Assembly (NCBI GenBank): GCA_041746575.1
Contig: JBGTGT010000024.1
Location: forward strand, 1-40,994
Direction of reading: 5' to 3'
DNA from: Microcystaceae cyanobacterium
GTDB lineage: Bacteria; Cyanobacteriota; Cyanobacteriia; Cyanobacteriales; Microcystaceae
DNA: 40,994 nucleotides
Both the position numbers and the translations under genes were made by a program. Shown here piece after piece: positions 1 through 10,334 of the stretch; the first letter of the stretch is position 1, and each line of letters starts with the position of its first letter. The notes under the pieces were generated by a model. That model searched no databases and was not told the origin of the DNA. It saw only the letters and a program-made list of their open reading frames with translations.

Positions 1-176
1 GTGTGAGGTGATTTATTTTTATATTGAGCGATCGCTGCTACAGACCATCCATAATAATTCAGTCGAACTATTTCAGCTCTTTCTCTGACTCTTGAGGGTA
101 TTCCCTCAATTTTCTGGAATTCGAGCAGTTCTCTATCTTCAGTTTCACTCAAATGCACTTTTAAGGGGGCTGGCAA
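1..176 (-). CDS. IS630-family transposase, N-terminal HTH region (partial)
   Basis: Manual translation from TTG at 176: MPAPLKVHLSETEDRELLEFQKIEGIPSRVRERAEIVRLNYYGWSVAAIAQYKNKSPH. This fits the MPAPL...R-RA-I-RL---GW-V--IA pattern of cyanobacterial IS630 transposases. Not in the ORF track. Confidence 0.85.
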   Translation of the reverse strand, partial: MPAPLKVHLSETEDRELLEFQKIEGIPSRVRERAEIVRLNYYGWSVAAIAQYKNKSPH

Positions 177-238
177 AATCTAAATCTTCCTCCTTATACT
201 CCACTGCGCTATTTTACAACTATTTTTGCCCACCTACT
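1..238 (-). mobile_element. IS630-family insertion sequence, left end (runs off the window start)
   Basis: Minus strand reads TA|AGTAGGTGGGCAAAAATAG..., an end of the type seen on cyanobacterial IS630 elements, at a TA dinucleotide (239-240). An AAGGAGG RBS and the transposase start follow. Confidence 0.8.
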
Positions 239-696
239 TAACTTAGGGCAATCGTTAGTAATAATTGTCCTCGAATCAGTTTATTCTCAACCGAATTCGC
301 CATTTCTATGGTTAAGGCTAAAATAGCTTTTGCTTGATTTAATTCATTAATTTCTGCGTAGTTCTTAGCAATATCTGTTAATAAATCAATTTTTGTACTT
401 TGATCGCTCAGTTGGTTACTGATGGTGACTGCTTGTTCTAAAAGGAATTTTGCTGGCTCTTTTTGCTCGAATTTGATGTATTCCGAAGCAATATCATTTA
501 GTAACATCACTTTTGTGGGGGAATCTTCTATTTCATTCACCGTTTCTAGAGCTTGTAACAGTTGAGATTGAGGCTCGGCGGCTATCCATAACGCCCCTTG
601 AACAGTCTCTATAACCGTGTTTGCCCATACTTGATGCTTTCCTTTCTCGAAGACTATCACACTTAAAAAAAAACAGAGAAAGGATTTCAAAATCAT
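238..696 (-). pseudogene. TPR-like helical-repeat exported protein, truncated by the IS630 insertion
   Basis: Hydrophobic N-terminus and repeated L--IA--Y---...A--LL--A helices. The stop TAA (238-240) is formed exactly at the IS junction, in mid-repeat (LLLTIALS). Confidence 0.7.
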
Positions 697-815
697 GTAG
701 AATTTTTCCTCAAGAATAAAAATACCTGTGAGGATTGTAAACAGATTTTAGGATATGTCAAGGTGAATCCTGATATGATGTCATCAACCGATGCGTTCTC
801 TTTGGTTAACCGCCT

Positions 816-1691
816 GTGAAACCTCCCAAACTGTTGCCGCTTAAATCCCTAAGCCAATCTAGGCTATCACAAATTCTCTAAAAAATTGGGCTAGGAATCA
901 CCCTTTTATTCCTTTTAATTGCCCCATTCGCACCACTCTTATAAAGATGGGAAATCCTCAAAGATCCCAGCGATCTTTTAAGTTATTATCCCTTACTCAG
1001 TCCGAATGAAAATCACTGGTTTGGCACAAATATTCGCGGCTATGATGTATTTTCTCGTACCCTTTTCGGTTGTCAGGCGACTCTATTAGTGGTTCTGCTG
1101 GCGACAACTCTATCTTTAATTATTGGCGTGCTTTTAGGATTAATAAGCGGTTATTTGAGAGGAAAAGGCGATAAATGCCGACTATTTGTCATGGATACTC
1201 TCTACAGCCTTCTGGGGTTATTATTATCGATCACTTTAGCTTTAATTTTGGGTCGGGGCATACTCAATGTGGCGATCGCCGTCAGTATCGCATACATCCC
1301 TCAATACTATCGAATTGTTCGCAACCACACCCTCAGCGTCAAAACCGAATTATTTATAGAAGCGGCGCAAGTCTTGGGGGCAACCCCTCGACGTATTTTA
1401 TTCCGTTATCTCTTTCTTAACGTTATTCAAAGTATTCCCGTGGTTTTTACTCTAAATGCCGCAGATGCGATTCTCGGGTTAGGGGGATTGGGTTTTTTAG
1501 GACTCGGTTTACCCAAAGAAGTGCCAGAGTGGGGACACGACTTAAAGGAAGCTTTACCGGATTTATCCACTGGCATCTGGTGGACGACACTATTTCCGGG
1601 GTTAATGATGACAACTTTAGTCACCGGATTATCGTTAGTGGGAGAGGGGATTAGGGAAGTAATTAATCCTCGATGGCGCAAAATCCCTTAA
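816..1691 (+). pseudogene. DppC/OppC-like ABC peptide/nickel transporter permease with two in-frame stops
   Basis: The frame of ORF 1089-1691 extends back to GTG 816 through TAA 879-881 and TAA 942-944. The upstream part encodes the conserved HWFGTNIRGYDVFSRTLFG motif. The EAA motif (FIEAAQVLGA) and PEWG are present. Confidence 0.8.
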
Positions 1692-1835
1692 TTGTTCTTA
1701 AATTCCTTTCCCAATATGAAATTTGGGTTTGTCATGCCACCCAAACCTCTCTCCAAGCATCAAAAGCAGAGGGCGATCGCATTATCGGTATGGAACAATA
1801 GGAAATAAGCTTAATGGGTTTGATTTTTTGGCAAC

Positions 1836-1921
1836 AAAAAACCCTAGAACACTTACTTGGTAGAAATCCTAGAGTTTCGCAAAATGCAATCGGAGGGTGA
1901 TTTTTTTTGACTTTCTGTCAT
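1836..1921 (-). ncRNA. nsiR4: NsiR4-like nitrogen-stress-induced sRNA
   Basis: Minus strand AUGACAGAAAGUCAAAAAAAAUCACCCUCCGAUUGC resembles the NsiR4 5' core as I recall it (GACA-AAAGUCAA...AUCACCCUCCGAUUGC). It is followed by hairpin AAACUCUAGGA/UUCUAGGGUUU plus a U-tract and preceded by an NtcA-type promoter. Confidence 0.7.
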
Positions 1922-1928
1922 ACTTTCT

Positions 1929-1971
1929 AGCTTAGACCGAAAACGAACTGACTGTATGTAGCCAATGTAAC
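1929..1971 (-). promoter_or_regulatory. NtcA-activated class II promoter (NtcA box plus -10)
   Basis: GTTACATTGGCTAC (GT-N10-AC, 1958-1971), a 23-nt spacer, then TAAGCT (TAN3T, 1929-1934), ending 7 nt before the inferred TSS at 1921. Confidence 0.7.
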
Positions 1972-2048
1972 CGTTTTTGAGATTAGGAGATAGGGTGGTT
2001 GAAAAAGCGATTTAATTTTTGATGTTACTATTTTAGGATAAATGAGAT

Positions 2049-3266
2049 ATGAACTGCTTTATGACCATCGCCCCTTTAAATTGGACAGAACTGGAAGCCC
2101 TAGCATCCTATCAAATTGACTCCATCAACGGCGTAACTAATTCTCAGGCGTGGTTGCGTCTTTTTGGTCAAAATGTAGAAGACGTCCATGTCACTCTCTA
2201 TCGTGATTACCATGCTTGGTGTCCCTATTGTCAGAAAATCTGGTTATGGTTAGAAGAGAAACGTATTCCCTATCGTATTCGAAAAGTGACTATGTTTTGT
2301 TATGGTAAAAAAGAAGATTGGTATAAAAAATTAGTTCCCTCTGGGATGCTTCCTGCCGTTGAACTTGAAGGACAATTAATCACCGAAAGTGACGAGATTT
2401 TAGGGGCATTAGAACGGGAATTTAAACCCTTAACTTACAGTATAAACGATCCTAAAGTTATTCCCCTTAGACAATTAGAACGGTTATTATTCAGGGCATG
2501 GTGCGCTTGGCTTTGCTATCCGGCTCGTTCACCGCAACAGGAACACTATCAACGGGAACAATTTATATCCGTTATGACAAAAGTGGAAGACGTTTTCAAA
2601 GCCAGTCTGAGTCCCTATTTTTTATCAGAATTTAGTGTTGTTGATGTGATTTTTATGCCCTATGTCGAACGGATGAATGCGAGTCTTTACTATTATAAAG
2701 GGTACTCATTAAGGAAGGAAAATCCCTATTTAGGGGCATGGTTTGATGCGATGGAGAGCCGTTTAACCTATCGAGGCACACAAAGCGATTTTCATACCCA
2801 CGTTCATGATTTACCCCCGCAAATGGGAGGATGTTACAGTAATAAAGATCCTCAAACCTTAATCAATCAACAGCGCGTCGACCAAGGGGATGGATGGGGA
2901 TTACCCGATGCAACTTACCCTGAACCCCAAAATACCCGCCAAGAGGCATTATATCGGGTTTTAAAGCATCGTCAAAACTTAATACGTGTCAATCCTGCCG
3001 AGAATGCTGTATTTGAGGAAGCCTTACGTTGTGCCTTAACTTACATGATGACGGGAGAGATCTGTACTCCACCCCCGAATTCGGAGGTGGCATTACGCTA
3101 TTTACGCGATCGGATCTGTGTTCCTCGTGATATGTCTATTTATGCCGCTAAACACCTCAGAAAAGCCTTAGAGATCACTGCTTCACAGGTGGGAGAGCAA
3201 CACAGTTTTCCCATTCCCTTTAATCATCGTCGCGATCAAGATCCGGCTAATTTTGCGACGGTGTAA
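2049..3266 (+). CDS. Glutathione S-transferase family protein
   Basis: WCPYCQK thioredoxin-like motif, SGMLP, ITESDEI and a GST C-terminal helical domain. The start may be ATG 2064. Confidence 0.85.
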   Translation: MNCFMTIAPLNWTELEALASYQIDSINGVTNSQAWLRLFGQNVEDVHVTLYRDYHAWCPYCQKIWLWLEEKRIPYRIRKVTMFCYGKKEDWYKKLVPSGMLPAVELEGQLITESDEILGALEREFKPLTYSINDPKVIPLRQLERLLFRAWCAWLCYPARSPQQEHYQREQFISVMTKVEDVFKASLSPYFLSEFSVVDVIFMPYVERMNASLYYYKGYSLRKENPYLGAWFDAMESRLTYRGTQSDFHTHVHDLPPQMGGCYSNKDPQTLINQQRVDQGDGWGLPDATYPEPQNTRQEALYRVLKHRQNLIRVNPAENAVFEEALRCALTYMMTGEICTPPPNSEVALRYLRDRICVPRDMSIYAAKHLRKALEITASQVGEQHSFPIPFNHRRDQDPANFATV

Positions 3267-3298
3267 ATACTTAAGAAAGTTAGCGGTTTCGATTCTTT

Positions 3299-4699
3299 TT
3301 ACAATTCCCGTACATCGGACACTTTCCCGTTAATTGCCGCCGCGACTACCATCGCCGGACTCATTAAAAGGGTTCTCCCCGTTGCTGAACCCTGACGACC
3401 TTTAAAGTTACGATTAGATGAGGATGCGCTCATTTGATCTCCTTGTAGTTTATCGGGATTCATCGCTAAACACATTGAACATCCCGCCTCACGCCATTCA
3501 AACCCTGCCGCTTCAAAAATTTCCGCTAATCCCTCCGCTTCTGCTTCTTTTTTGACCTGTTCTGACCCCGGTACGACAAAGGCTTTCACTCCCTCTGCTA
3601 CCCGACGACCTTTGGCAAATTTTGCCGCTTCTCTAAGATCACTGAGACGGCCGTTGGTGCAACTGCCAATAAAACAGACATCGATAGGTGTCCCCTTAAT
3701 CGCTGTGCCGGGGGTTAACTTCATATAAGCATAAGCTTCTTGGGCAATATTGCGATCGCCTTCTGCTAAACTGTCAGGCGTTGGAAGCGTTTCACTGATA
3801 CCAATACCTTGGCCGGGGGTAATTCCCCATGTTACAGTTGGCTCAATTTCACGGGCGTTGAAGGTAACAATATCGTCATATTCAGCATCCTTGTCACTGC
3901 GTAAACTGCGCCACCAATCCACCGCTTTTTCCCAATTTTCTCCTTGTGGCGCAAATTCCCGTCCTTTGAGGTAATTAAAGGTGGTTTGATCAGGGTTAAT
4001 GTAACCGCATCTTGCTCCCCCCTCAATCGCCATATTACACACTGTCATTCTTTCTTCCATTGACATGGCTTCAAAGGTACTGCCGGCATATTCATAGGCA
4101 TACCCCACACCCCCTTTAACGCCTAATTTGCGAATCATATGCAGAATCACGTCTTTGGCATAAACCCCTTCGGGTAAAGTGCCGTTAACTTCAATTTTTC
4201 TGACTTTTAATTTCGATAAAGCGAGGGTTTGCGATGCTAGGACATCCCGAACTTGAGACGTGCCAATGCCAAATGCGATCGCCCCAAATGCTCCGTGGGT
4301 GGAGGTGTGAGAGTCGCCGCAAGCAATGGTCATACCGGGTTGAGTCAACCCTTTTTCGGGGGCAATGACGTGAACAATGCCTTGATTGCCCGACCCAATG
4401 TTATAAAATCGAATCTGATGCTCTTTTACATTATTTTCGATAGACTGCATCATTTCTTCGGCTAAATCATCCCGAAAAGGACGCATTTGATTATCAGTAG
4501 GAACAATATGGTCAGCCGTAGCGACCGTTCGTTCAGGGTAAAGAACCTTCAGATTTCGTTCCCGTAGCATGGCAAAAGCTTGTGGACTGGTCACTTCGTG
4601 GACAAGATGAAGGCCGATGAAGAGTTGGATTTGTCCGGAGGGTAAAACGGTGACGGTGTGTGCGTCCCAAACTTTGTCGAATAAAGTACCGTTGCTCAT
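3299..4699 (-). CDS. leuC: 3-isopropylmalate dehydratase large subunit
   Basis: [37 protein letters not shown] and [10 protein letters not shown] motifs. Confidence 0.97.
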   Translation of the reverse strand: MSNGTLFDKVWDAHTVTVLPSGQIQLFIGLHLVHEVTSPQAFAMLRERNLKVLYPERTVATADHIVPTDNQMRPFRDDLAEEMMQSIENNVKEHQIRFYNIGSGNQGIVHVIAPEKGLTQPGMTIACGDSHTSTHGAFGAIAFGIGTSQVRDVLASQTLALSKLKVRKIEVNGTLPEGVYAKDVILHMIRKLGVKGGVGYAYEYAGSTFEAMSMEERMTVCNMAIEGGARCGYINPDQTTFNYLKGREFAPQGENWEKAVDWWRSLRSDKDAEYDDIVTFNAREIEPTVTWGITPGQGIGISETLPTPDSLAEGDRNIAQEAYAYMKLTPGTAIKGTPIDVCFIGSCTNGRLSDLREAAKFAKGRRVAEGVKAFVVPGSEQVKKEAEAEGLAEIFEAAGFEWREAGCSMCLAMNPDKLQGDQMSASSSNRNFKGRQGSATGRTLLMSPAMVVAAAINGKVSDVREL

Positions 4700-4789
4700 A
4701 GATAATAGAAGAAGATGGGGTGTATGCGAGTAATAATAGACTTTTTGTTGAATTGGGGGATTTTTGAAGAGGGCAAGCGGTCTATTCGT

Positions 4790-5107
4790 TTACGAAGATT
4801 TAAATTGACGAGAATAAACGGTATCTTCTTTTTCTGTCTCTAATTTAAGGTCAGATCGAGGATAAGCCACACATAGTAAAGCATAGCCTTCTGCTTGCAA
4901 GTCCGGTGATAACCCCATACCGTTTTCTTGACTGACGACTCCTTCTAATAATTGGGCGGCACAAGTGGTACAAACGCCGGACTCACAAGACTTTGGCAGT
5001 TTTAGTCCGGCCTCATCGGCCGCCTGTAAGATGGTTTGATCTTCGGGAACAGTAATTGTGTGAGTTTGACCTTGATGACGAATTTCAACGGTGTAGCGAT
5101 TAGACAT
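4790..5107 (-). CDS. Plant-type 2Fe-2S ferredoxin, Fed3/FdC1-like with C-terminal extension
   Basis: CESGVCTTC...LLC ligand pattern and TEKEDTVYSRQF tail. Likely start is ATG 5107 (MSNRYTVEI). Confidence 0.9.
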   Translation of the reverse strand: MSNRYTVEIRHQGQTHTITVPEDQTILQAADEAGLKLPKSCESGVCTTCAAQLLEGVVSQENGMGLSPDLQAEGYALLCVAYPRSDLKLETEKEDTVYSRQFKSS

Positions 5108-5209
5108 AATGGACAATAATAACGATGGCACAATATTTTATTATGCCGTTATCCGTGACCCGTTATCAATAGCGATCACTTTGGAGGTTAATGGCGGCAG
5201 TAAACCCGT

Positions 5210-6652
5210 TCACCAAGAACAGTTTTCCAGTTCCAATCCTTCCTCATCTGTACCTTCATGGGTGGTTTTGACCCATTTTAGGCGTTTTTGACGAACGGAC
5301 ATTCGAGCCGTGATACTGGGAATAATTAGAAACCAGTGCATCATATACATCGTTCCTTGGATGCTTTGTCCCAAAATCTGCCAATATTCCTTAAAATTTA
5401 GATTTGACATGAGCCGACTCCGTTTCAAGCCTTTAAACATCCCAACAAACGAGAAAAAGATTAAAATGCCACTGAGAGAACCAAAGAGGGGTAAACGGTG
5501 ACGACTGAGGGAAATCACCACATCAGGAATAGAGGCAGTCGGTAAAAGATATTGAATCAGGAGAAAATAGGCTAAATCCAGCTTTTTACGAATTCCTATG
5601 CGACGAGACAGGAGAAATCGCCAATAGTCAAGATAACGCTGATATCCGCCTTCTGCCCATCGGTTACGCTGATGCCACAGAGCGATCGCTGCGGTTACAC
5701 CTTCTTCTTCGACGGCAGGATGGGGTAATAAGCCAATTTCCCAGCCATCCAGATGCAAACGGATAGTTAAGTCTAAATCATCGGTAATGGTTTCTTCATT
5801 CCAGCCCCCACAGCTTAAAAGGGCCGTTCGCCGCACAAATTGACCGTTTCCTCGTAATTCTCCCATTCCGCCAGAAGCAATGCGTTGTTGCTGAAAATAG
5901 CTATCTACCGCCATCTCCGTTCGTTGGCCTTTTGTCCAAAAGTTAGTATCGGCATTGGCAATCGCTTTGCGTACCTGTATCGCCCCTGTTGACGTTTTCT
6001 CAAAGTAGGGGACAACAGACCTAAGCAAGTTCTTGGGAACAGTAGCATCTGCGTCAAAAACACCGATAATATCTCCTTTTGTCTGGGGGAGAACTTGATT
6101 TAAGGCCCCAGATTTCCCGCCTTCTGCATTGGCAGAGCGATGAATAACGTGTAATTGAGGATATTTTTCGGCTAATTGGTCAAGAATAAGCGGTGTTTTA
6201 TCAGTGCTGTTATCATCAATCAACCAGACTTCATATTGATCGATAGGATAATCTAAACCACATAAACGGTTCACCAGTTTAGCAATAACGGTTTCTTCAT
6301 TTTTAGCGGCTACCATCAAGGAAACAAAAGGAACTTGATCAAGTTGCTCTGAGGTCAAGGAATGAGGCGTTTCTTCAGGTTTTGCTGAAATTAACCGTAA
6401 TCCTTGTAAAGTAACTAAGATTGTAAACGCTAGAACTAACCAGCCACCCCACGCCACTAAATGTAAAAATAAGGTAACGCCCCAAATTGCCATTAAAACG
6501 AAGGCTGATTTCCGTCTTCGTCCGCCTAATCCTTGAAAAAACTCACTGCGAAATTCTTCTTCTTCTACTTCGGGATCAGTCCATTCGTCTAAAAAACGCA
6601 AGGGATCAAAGTCTTCTGCTGGGTTTTGCGGTGACCAAGGATTATTTGACAT
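5210..6652 (-). CDS. mgdA: Monoglucosyldiacylglycerol synthase (GT2)
   Basis: GT2 motifs DDNSTD, FDAD, TDDLD and QRNRW. The acidic N-terminus (EWTDPEVEEEEFRSEFF) and KWVKT-H C-terminus match recalled Sll1377/MgdA. Confidence 0.88.
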   Translation of the reverse strand: MSNNPWSPQNPAEDFDPLRFLDEWTDPEVEEEEFRSEFFQGLGGRRRKSAFVLMAIWGVTLFLHLVAWGGWLVLAFTILVTLQGLRLISAKPEETPHSLTSEQLDQVPFVSLMVAAKNEETVIAKLVNRLCGLDYPIDQYEVWLIDDNSTDKTPLILDQLAEKYPQLHVIHRSANAEGGKSGALNQVLPQTKGDIIGVFDADATVPKNLLRSVVPYFEKTSTGAIQVRKAIANADTNFWTKGQRTEMAVDSYFQQQRIASGGMGELRGNGQFVRRTALLSCGGWNEETITDDLDLTIRLHLDGWEIGLLPHPAVEEEGVTAAIALWHQRNRWAEGGYQRYLDYWRFLLSRRIGIRKKLDLAYFLLIQYLLPTASIPDVVISLSRHRLPLFGSLSGILIFFSFVGMFKGLKRSRLMSNLNFKEYWQILGQSIQGTMYMMHWFLIIPSITARMSVRQKRLKWVKTTHEGTDEEGLELENCSW

Positions 6653-6840
6653 AATGAGTGGGGATTTTAAGTGATTTTGTCGTGGATAATCCCCCTAAGG
6701 GGAGACGATCTTTCAGTTATGAACTATTCTAACGAATGAGTGAAAGGTAATTTAAAAGATTACGTTATTACTTCGCTTTGTCGTTTTCATCTTTTGTCAG
6801 ATAATAATAGACATGGAGGCGTAATTTTACTTTGTTTTCC

Positions 6841-7884
6841 TCAAGATTGCCACGGATTTAGAATATCCTTAACCAAGATTTCTCTGAGGCAAATTTGACT
6901 AATAATCGAAAGAGGAAGGGCTAAAATAAGACCTAACACTCCAAAAGTTAGGGTAAAAAGGATTTCTGCTAAAATCGTAATTCCCGGCAAGAGGGAGACC
7001 TGTTGGGTACGGATGCGTCGGGTTAGAATATGGGTTTCAATTTGCTGAATAGCCAAATATAAAACTAAAACTGCCCCAATTTTCCAAAGAGAATCCTGTA
7101 AAGCAAGAATAGTCGCAATCGGAAGGATAACACTTAAAACAAGTCCTAAATGAGGAATAAAAGCAAATAAACCTGCAATAATCGCTTGAGAGAGGGCAAG
7201 GGGAATTTTAAGAATCAGTAAGCCTATTCCGGTAAAAATAGCAACAATAGCCATATTAACAGCGATTCCTTTTAACCAGTTTTCTAATGCTTGTTCACAG
7301 CGTTGCAGAATATAATTTACCCTTAGGCGATAAAAAGCCGGAAAGAGACGAATAAACCCTAGACGATAGGCAGAGGGATTAGCCAGTAACATTAGAGATA
7401 AAGCTAAAAGTAAGAGTAAACTTAGAATAATGCCTAGAGAACTGTAAAAAATATTTAATCCTCCCCCTAAAGCCTCTTGTAAAAGCGGTCGTAACTGTTG
7501 CAACAGTTCATTCAAGTCTGAAGAGTTGAAATTAGGAAGGAATTCAATGAAACTGGGATTTAGGCTATTTTTCTGGCTTCTCAACCACAGAATGAAGGTT
7601 TCAATCCCTTGAGGTACTAATTTAACTAATTCTTGAAATTGGCTAATAAAGGGGGGGACAATCAGCCAAATCACCACAAAAAGAAATAATAATAAAGCGA
7701 TAACTGCTAATAAGATGCCTAATCCTCGCCTAATTTGTCGTTGTTGAAACCCCTTAACTAATAAGTTTAAACCCAGAGAAAGAACGATTGCAGTCAGCAG
7801 CAAAAGCATCAGTTGACGCATCTGCCAAAGTGTGTAAAAAATTAATATAAGAGCCGAAAAACCGACCCATTTCCCAAAGTTCAC
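6841..7884 (-). CDS. AI-2E family transporter (PerM-like permease)
   Basis: Multi-TM protein with FIPHLG, QQIE-HILT and LGLILALPL motifs. Likely start is GTG 7884 (MNFGKWVG). Confidence 0.85.
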   Translation of the reverse strand: MNFGKWVGFSALILIFYTLWQMRQLMLLLLTAIVLSLGLNLLVKGFQQRQIRRGLGILLAVIALLLFLFVVIWLIVPPFISQFQELVKLVPQGIETFILWLRSQKNSLNPSFIEFLPNFNSSDLNELLQQLRPLLQEALGGGLNIFYSSLGIILSLLLLLALSLMLLANPSAYRLGFIRLFPAFYRLRVNYILQRCEQALENWLKGIAVNMAIVAIFTGIGLLILKIPLALSQAIIAGLFAFIPHLGLVLSVILPIATILALQDSLWKIGAVLVLYLAIQQIETHILTRRIRTQQVSLLPGITILAEILFTLTFGVLGLILALPLSIISQICLREILVKDILNPWQS

Positions 7885-8071
7885 GATTTTAGACGCCAGA
7901 AAAATAGTCCTGCCATCAGAAAAGACGGCAAGAATACCGCCATGATAACATTGAAGTGAGACGGTGAAAGCGAGACCCATGGACCCCCATACTTAATAGA
8001 AAAAGCGACAAGGGTTGAAAGGCAGAGAATTTTCACAATAACAGACAAATTTTCTGGCATATTTTCTGATT

Positions 8072-9217
8072 TTATGAATTGTCTAGAGAGTCATTAGCGG
8101 ATTGATAGTCGGACACCAGTTGCTGAAGTTTTTGAATTAAGTGAATTGAATCATTTTCTTGGATAATTTTTGATAATGCTTGCAACTGGGGTTCTAAAAT
8201 CGAAAAGGGAAATTTTTCTTTTTGTTTACAATAAATTTTAGGATGTTTTGTCGGTCGAATATGATTTCCCCTAATCAGTAATTCTTCGTGAATTTTTTCC
8301 CCTGGGCGTAATCCTGTCACTTGAATGGGAATATCTATTTCAGGTTCAAGTCCACTCAAATAAATCATTTGCAAAGCTAAATCATAAATACGAATGGGTT
8401 TGCCCATATCTAAGAGAAATATCTCACCTCCTTGTGCCATTGCGCCCGCTTGCATCACTAAACCCACTGCTTCCGTAATTGACATAAAGTAACGAGTGGT
8501 GTCAGGATGGGTCAAGGTAATCGGTTTTCTAGCGGCAATTTGTTGGCGAAAACGAGGAATAACAGAACCACTGCTGTCCAAAATATTACCAAAGCGCACG
8601 ATCGCAAAACAGGTCTTAATATGGGGTAAATCTGCCAATCCTTGGATAATAAGTTCGGCAACCCGTTTACTTGCACCCATAACATTAGTGGGTTTAACCG
8701 CTTTGTCCGTTGAAATTAAAACGAAATAGGGAACGTTTGTAGCAATAGCACACTTAGCCACTGTCCAAGTTCCGATCACATTATTATGCACCCCTTGACA
8801 AGGATTATTTTCCACCAAAGGAACGTGTTTGTAAGCGGCGGCATGATAAATCGTTTCAACGGAATGTTGTTGAATAATGAATTGTAAGTATTTTTCCTCT
8901 AAAATATTGCCTAGATAAGCAAAACGAGAGAGGTGGGGGTAGATTTCTTCGAGTTCGAGATCAATAGTATATAAGGCATATTCGCTTATTTCGTACAAAA
9001 TCAAGCATTTTGGTAATAATTCAGCAATCTGACGACACAATTCTGTGCCAATTGAACCCCCTGCTCCTGTAACCAATATAGAACGACCTATTATGTGGGA
9101 GCGTATCAGATCAAAATCGGTACTGACTTCTTCTCGTCCCAGTAAATGGGTCATATCTAAAGTATAACTGGAATTACGGGCAATTTTTTCCAACAATAAA
9201 GAGTCAAGTGGTCGCAC
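8072..9217 (-). CDS. UDP-GlcNAc 4,6-dehydratase (PglF/CapD/WbgZ family), catalytic domain only
   Basis: GAGGSIG, HAAAYKHVP, STDKAV-PTNVMGASKR, VRFGN and GLRPGEK-HEEL. No N-terminal membrane domain. Confidence 0.88.
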   Translation of the reverse strand: MRPLDSLLLEKIARNSSYTLDMTHLLGREEVSTDFDLIRSHIIGRSILVTGAGGSIGTELCRQIAELLPKCLILYEISEYALYTIDLELEEIYPHLSRFAYLGNILEEKYLQFIIQQHSVETIYHAAAYKHVPLVENNPCQGVHNNVIGTWTVAKCAIATNVPYFVLISTDKAVKPTNVMGASKRVAELIIQGLADLPHIKTCFAIVRFGNILDSSGSVIPRFRQQIAARKPITLTHPDTTRYFMSITEAVGLVMQAGAMAQGGEIFLLDMGKPIRIYDLALQMIYLSGLEPEIDIPIQVTGLRPGEKIHEELLIRGNHIRPTKHPKIYCKQKEKFPFSILEPQLQALSKIIQENDSIHLIQKLQQLVSDYQSANDSLDNS

Positions 9218-9329
9218 GAGTTTATCAATTCGGTTAGGGACTACGCTCTTGGCCGGACAGACGCTAAGATAACGTTGAGTTTAGCATAATCTTTTTCTAA
9301 ATGATGAACGATAAATCATAAATGATAAA

Positions 9330-10334
9330 TTACGAATGATCAATAAGCAATTGAATAAGCCGTTTTTTGAGCTTTTGAAATAATTGAGGAAATCTAATTT
9401 CTAGCTGGAACATCATTTGATAATGCCATTGATCCAAATTTTTGGGATGATGAACTAAGATCTGATTAACTGTTTCTAGTTTAAGGGAAATAATGCGTTT
9501 GTGATATTGCAAAAGCTGAGAAGATTGGGGAATATAATGAGCCGTCAAAGAACAACGGGATAAGCTTAAGTCATCCGTTTTTAAACTGCCATGAATCGTC
9601 CGAGAATTCCAAAAAAGAACGTCTCCTTGCTGTAAAGAAGGCGCATAGCAAGATAACTGTGTTGTTTTAATAATTTCTAAAATTTTTTGTTTATAGGCGG
9701 CGTGATTAAAAGCGATCGCGAATTCTTCTGACTGTTTAATCATATTTAAGTGATGACTTTGCGGATAGACAAAAAAGCGACCTGATGGAGCAGAAATATC
9801 TTCTAAAGCGACCCAAATTCCGACCATTTTTCCGACTTCGCTAGCGTCCAAGTAATAAGTGTCCTGATGAGGCCATGTTTCTGAATTTCCTTCAAAAAAC
9901 ATACTTTGTACTAAAATTCCTTGCTCTCCTAAAAGATGACAAATCATTTCGATAAGCTTAGCATCGGTTAAAATCGCCAATCCTGCCTGTTTAAAAGCGG
10001 CAAAGCGACAACTATTTAAATCTTGGATATTAAGTAATCCATTTAAAACATAACCGTAAAGATTGAAATGATGTTGTTCAGGTTGAGCAGTAACTTGACG
10101 ATAAAAATAGTCAGAAATGGGTTTAATCGTTTGTTGAAAAGCTCTTTTTACTTGTTCGCATAACATCGGAGAAATGAGATTTCGGCAGATGACATATCCT
10201 TGCGTTTGATAATAGGAAAGATAATGTTCCTTGGTGTTAAATTGCGAGTAAATATCAGTGGCAATATCTAAAGCAGTCGGTAGCAAAATCTTTTGTCCGT
10301 CTGGTGTAATAGCAAGATAAATATTAGTGTTCAT
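9330..10334 (-). CDS. PhyH-family Fe(II)/2-oxoglutarate dioxygenase
   Basis: HQD...H iron triad (WPHQDTYY; IHGS), W-ALED, GDVLFW and the 2OG-binding R-S motif (SRCSLT). Confidence 0.85.
   Translation of the reverse strand: MNTNIYLAITPDGQKILLPTALDIATDIYSQFNTKEHYLSYYQTQGYVICRNLISPMLCEQVKRAFQQTIKPISDYFYRQVTAQPEQHHFNLYGYVLNGLLNIQDLNSCRFAAFKQAGLAILTDAKLIEMICHLLGEQGILVQSMFFEGNSETWPHQDTYYLDASEVGKMVGIWVALEDISAPSGRFFVYPQSHHLNMIKQSEEFAIAFNHAAYKQKILEIIKTTQLSCYAPSLQQGDVLFWNSRTIHGSLKTDDLSLSRCSLTAHYIPQSSQLLQYHKRIISLKLETVNQILVHHPKNLDQWHYQMMFQLEIRFPQLFQKLKKRLIQLLIDHS

Noticed and set aside
1836..1960. IS4-type end or MITE remnant
   Set aside because: No transposase or terminal inverted repeat pair. The NtcA box, -10, core and terminator fit an sRNA better, though an IS end is not fully excluded.
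3299..4699. leuC without adjacent leuD
   Set aside because: Split leuC/leuD is common in cyanobacteria, so this is not unusual.
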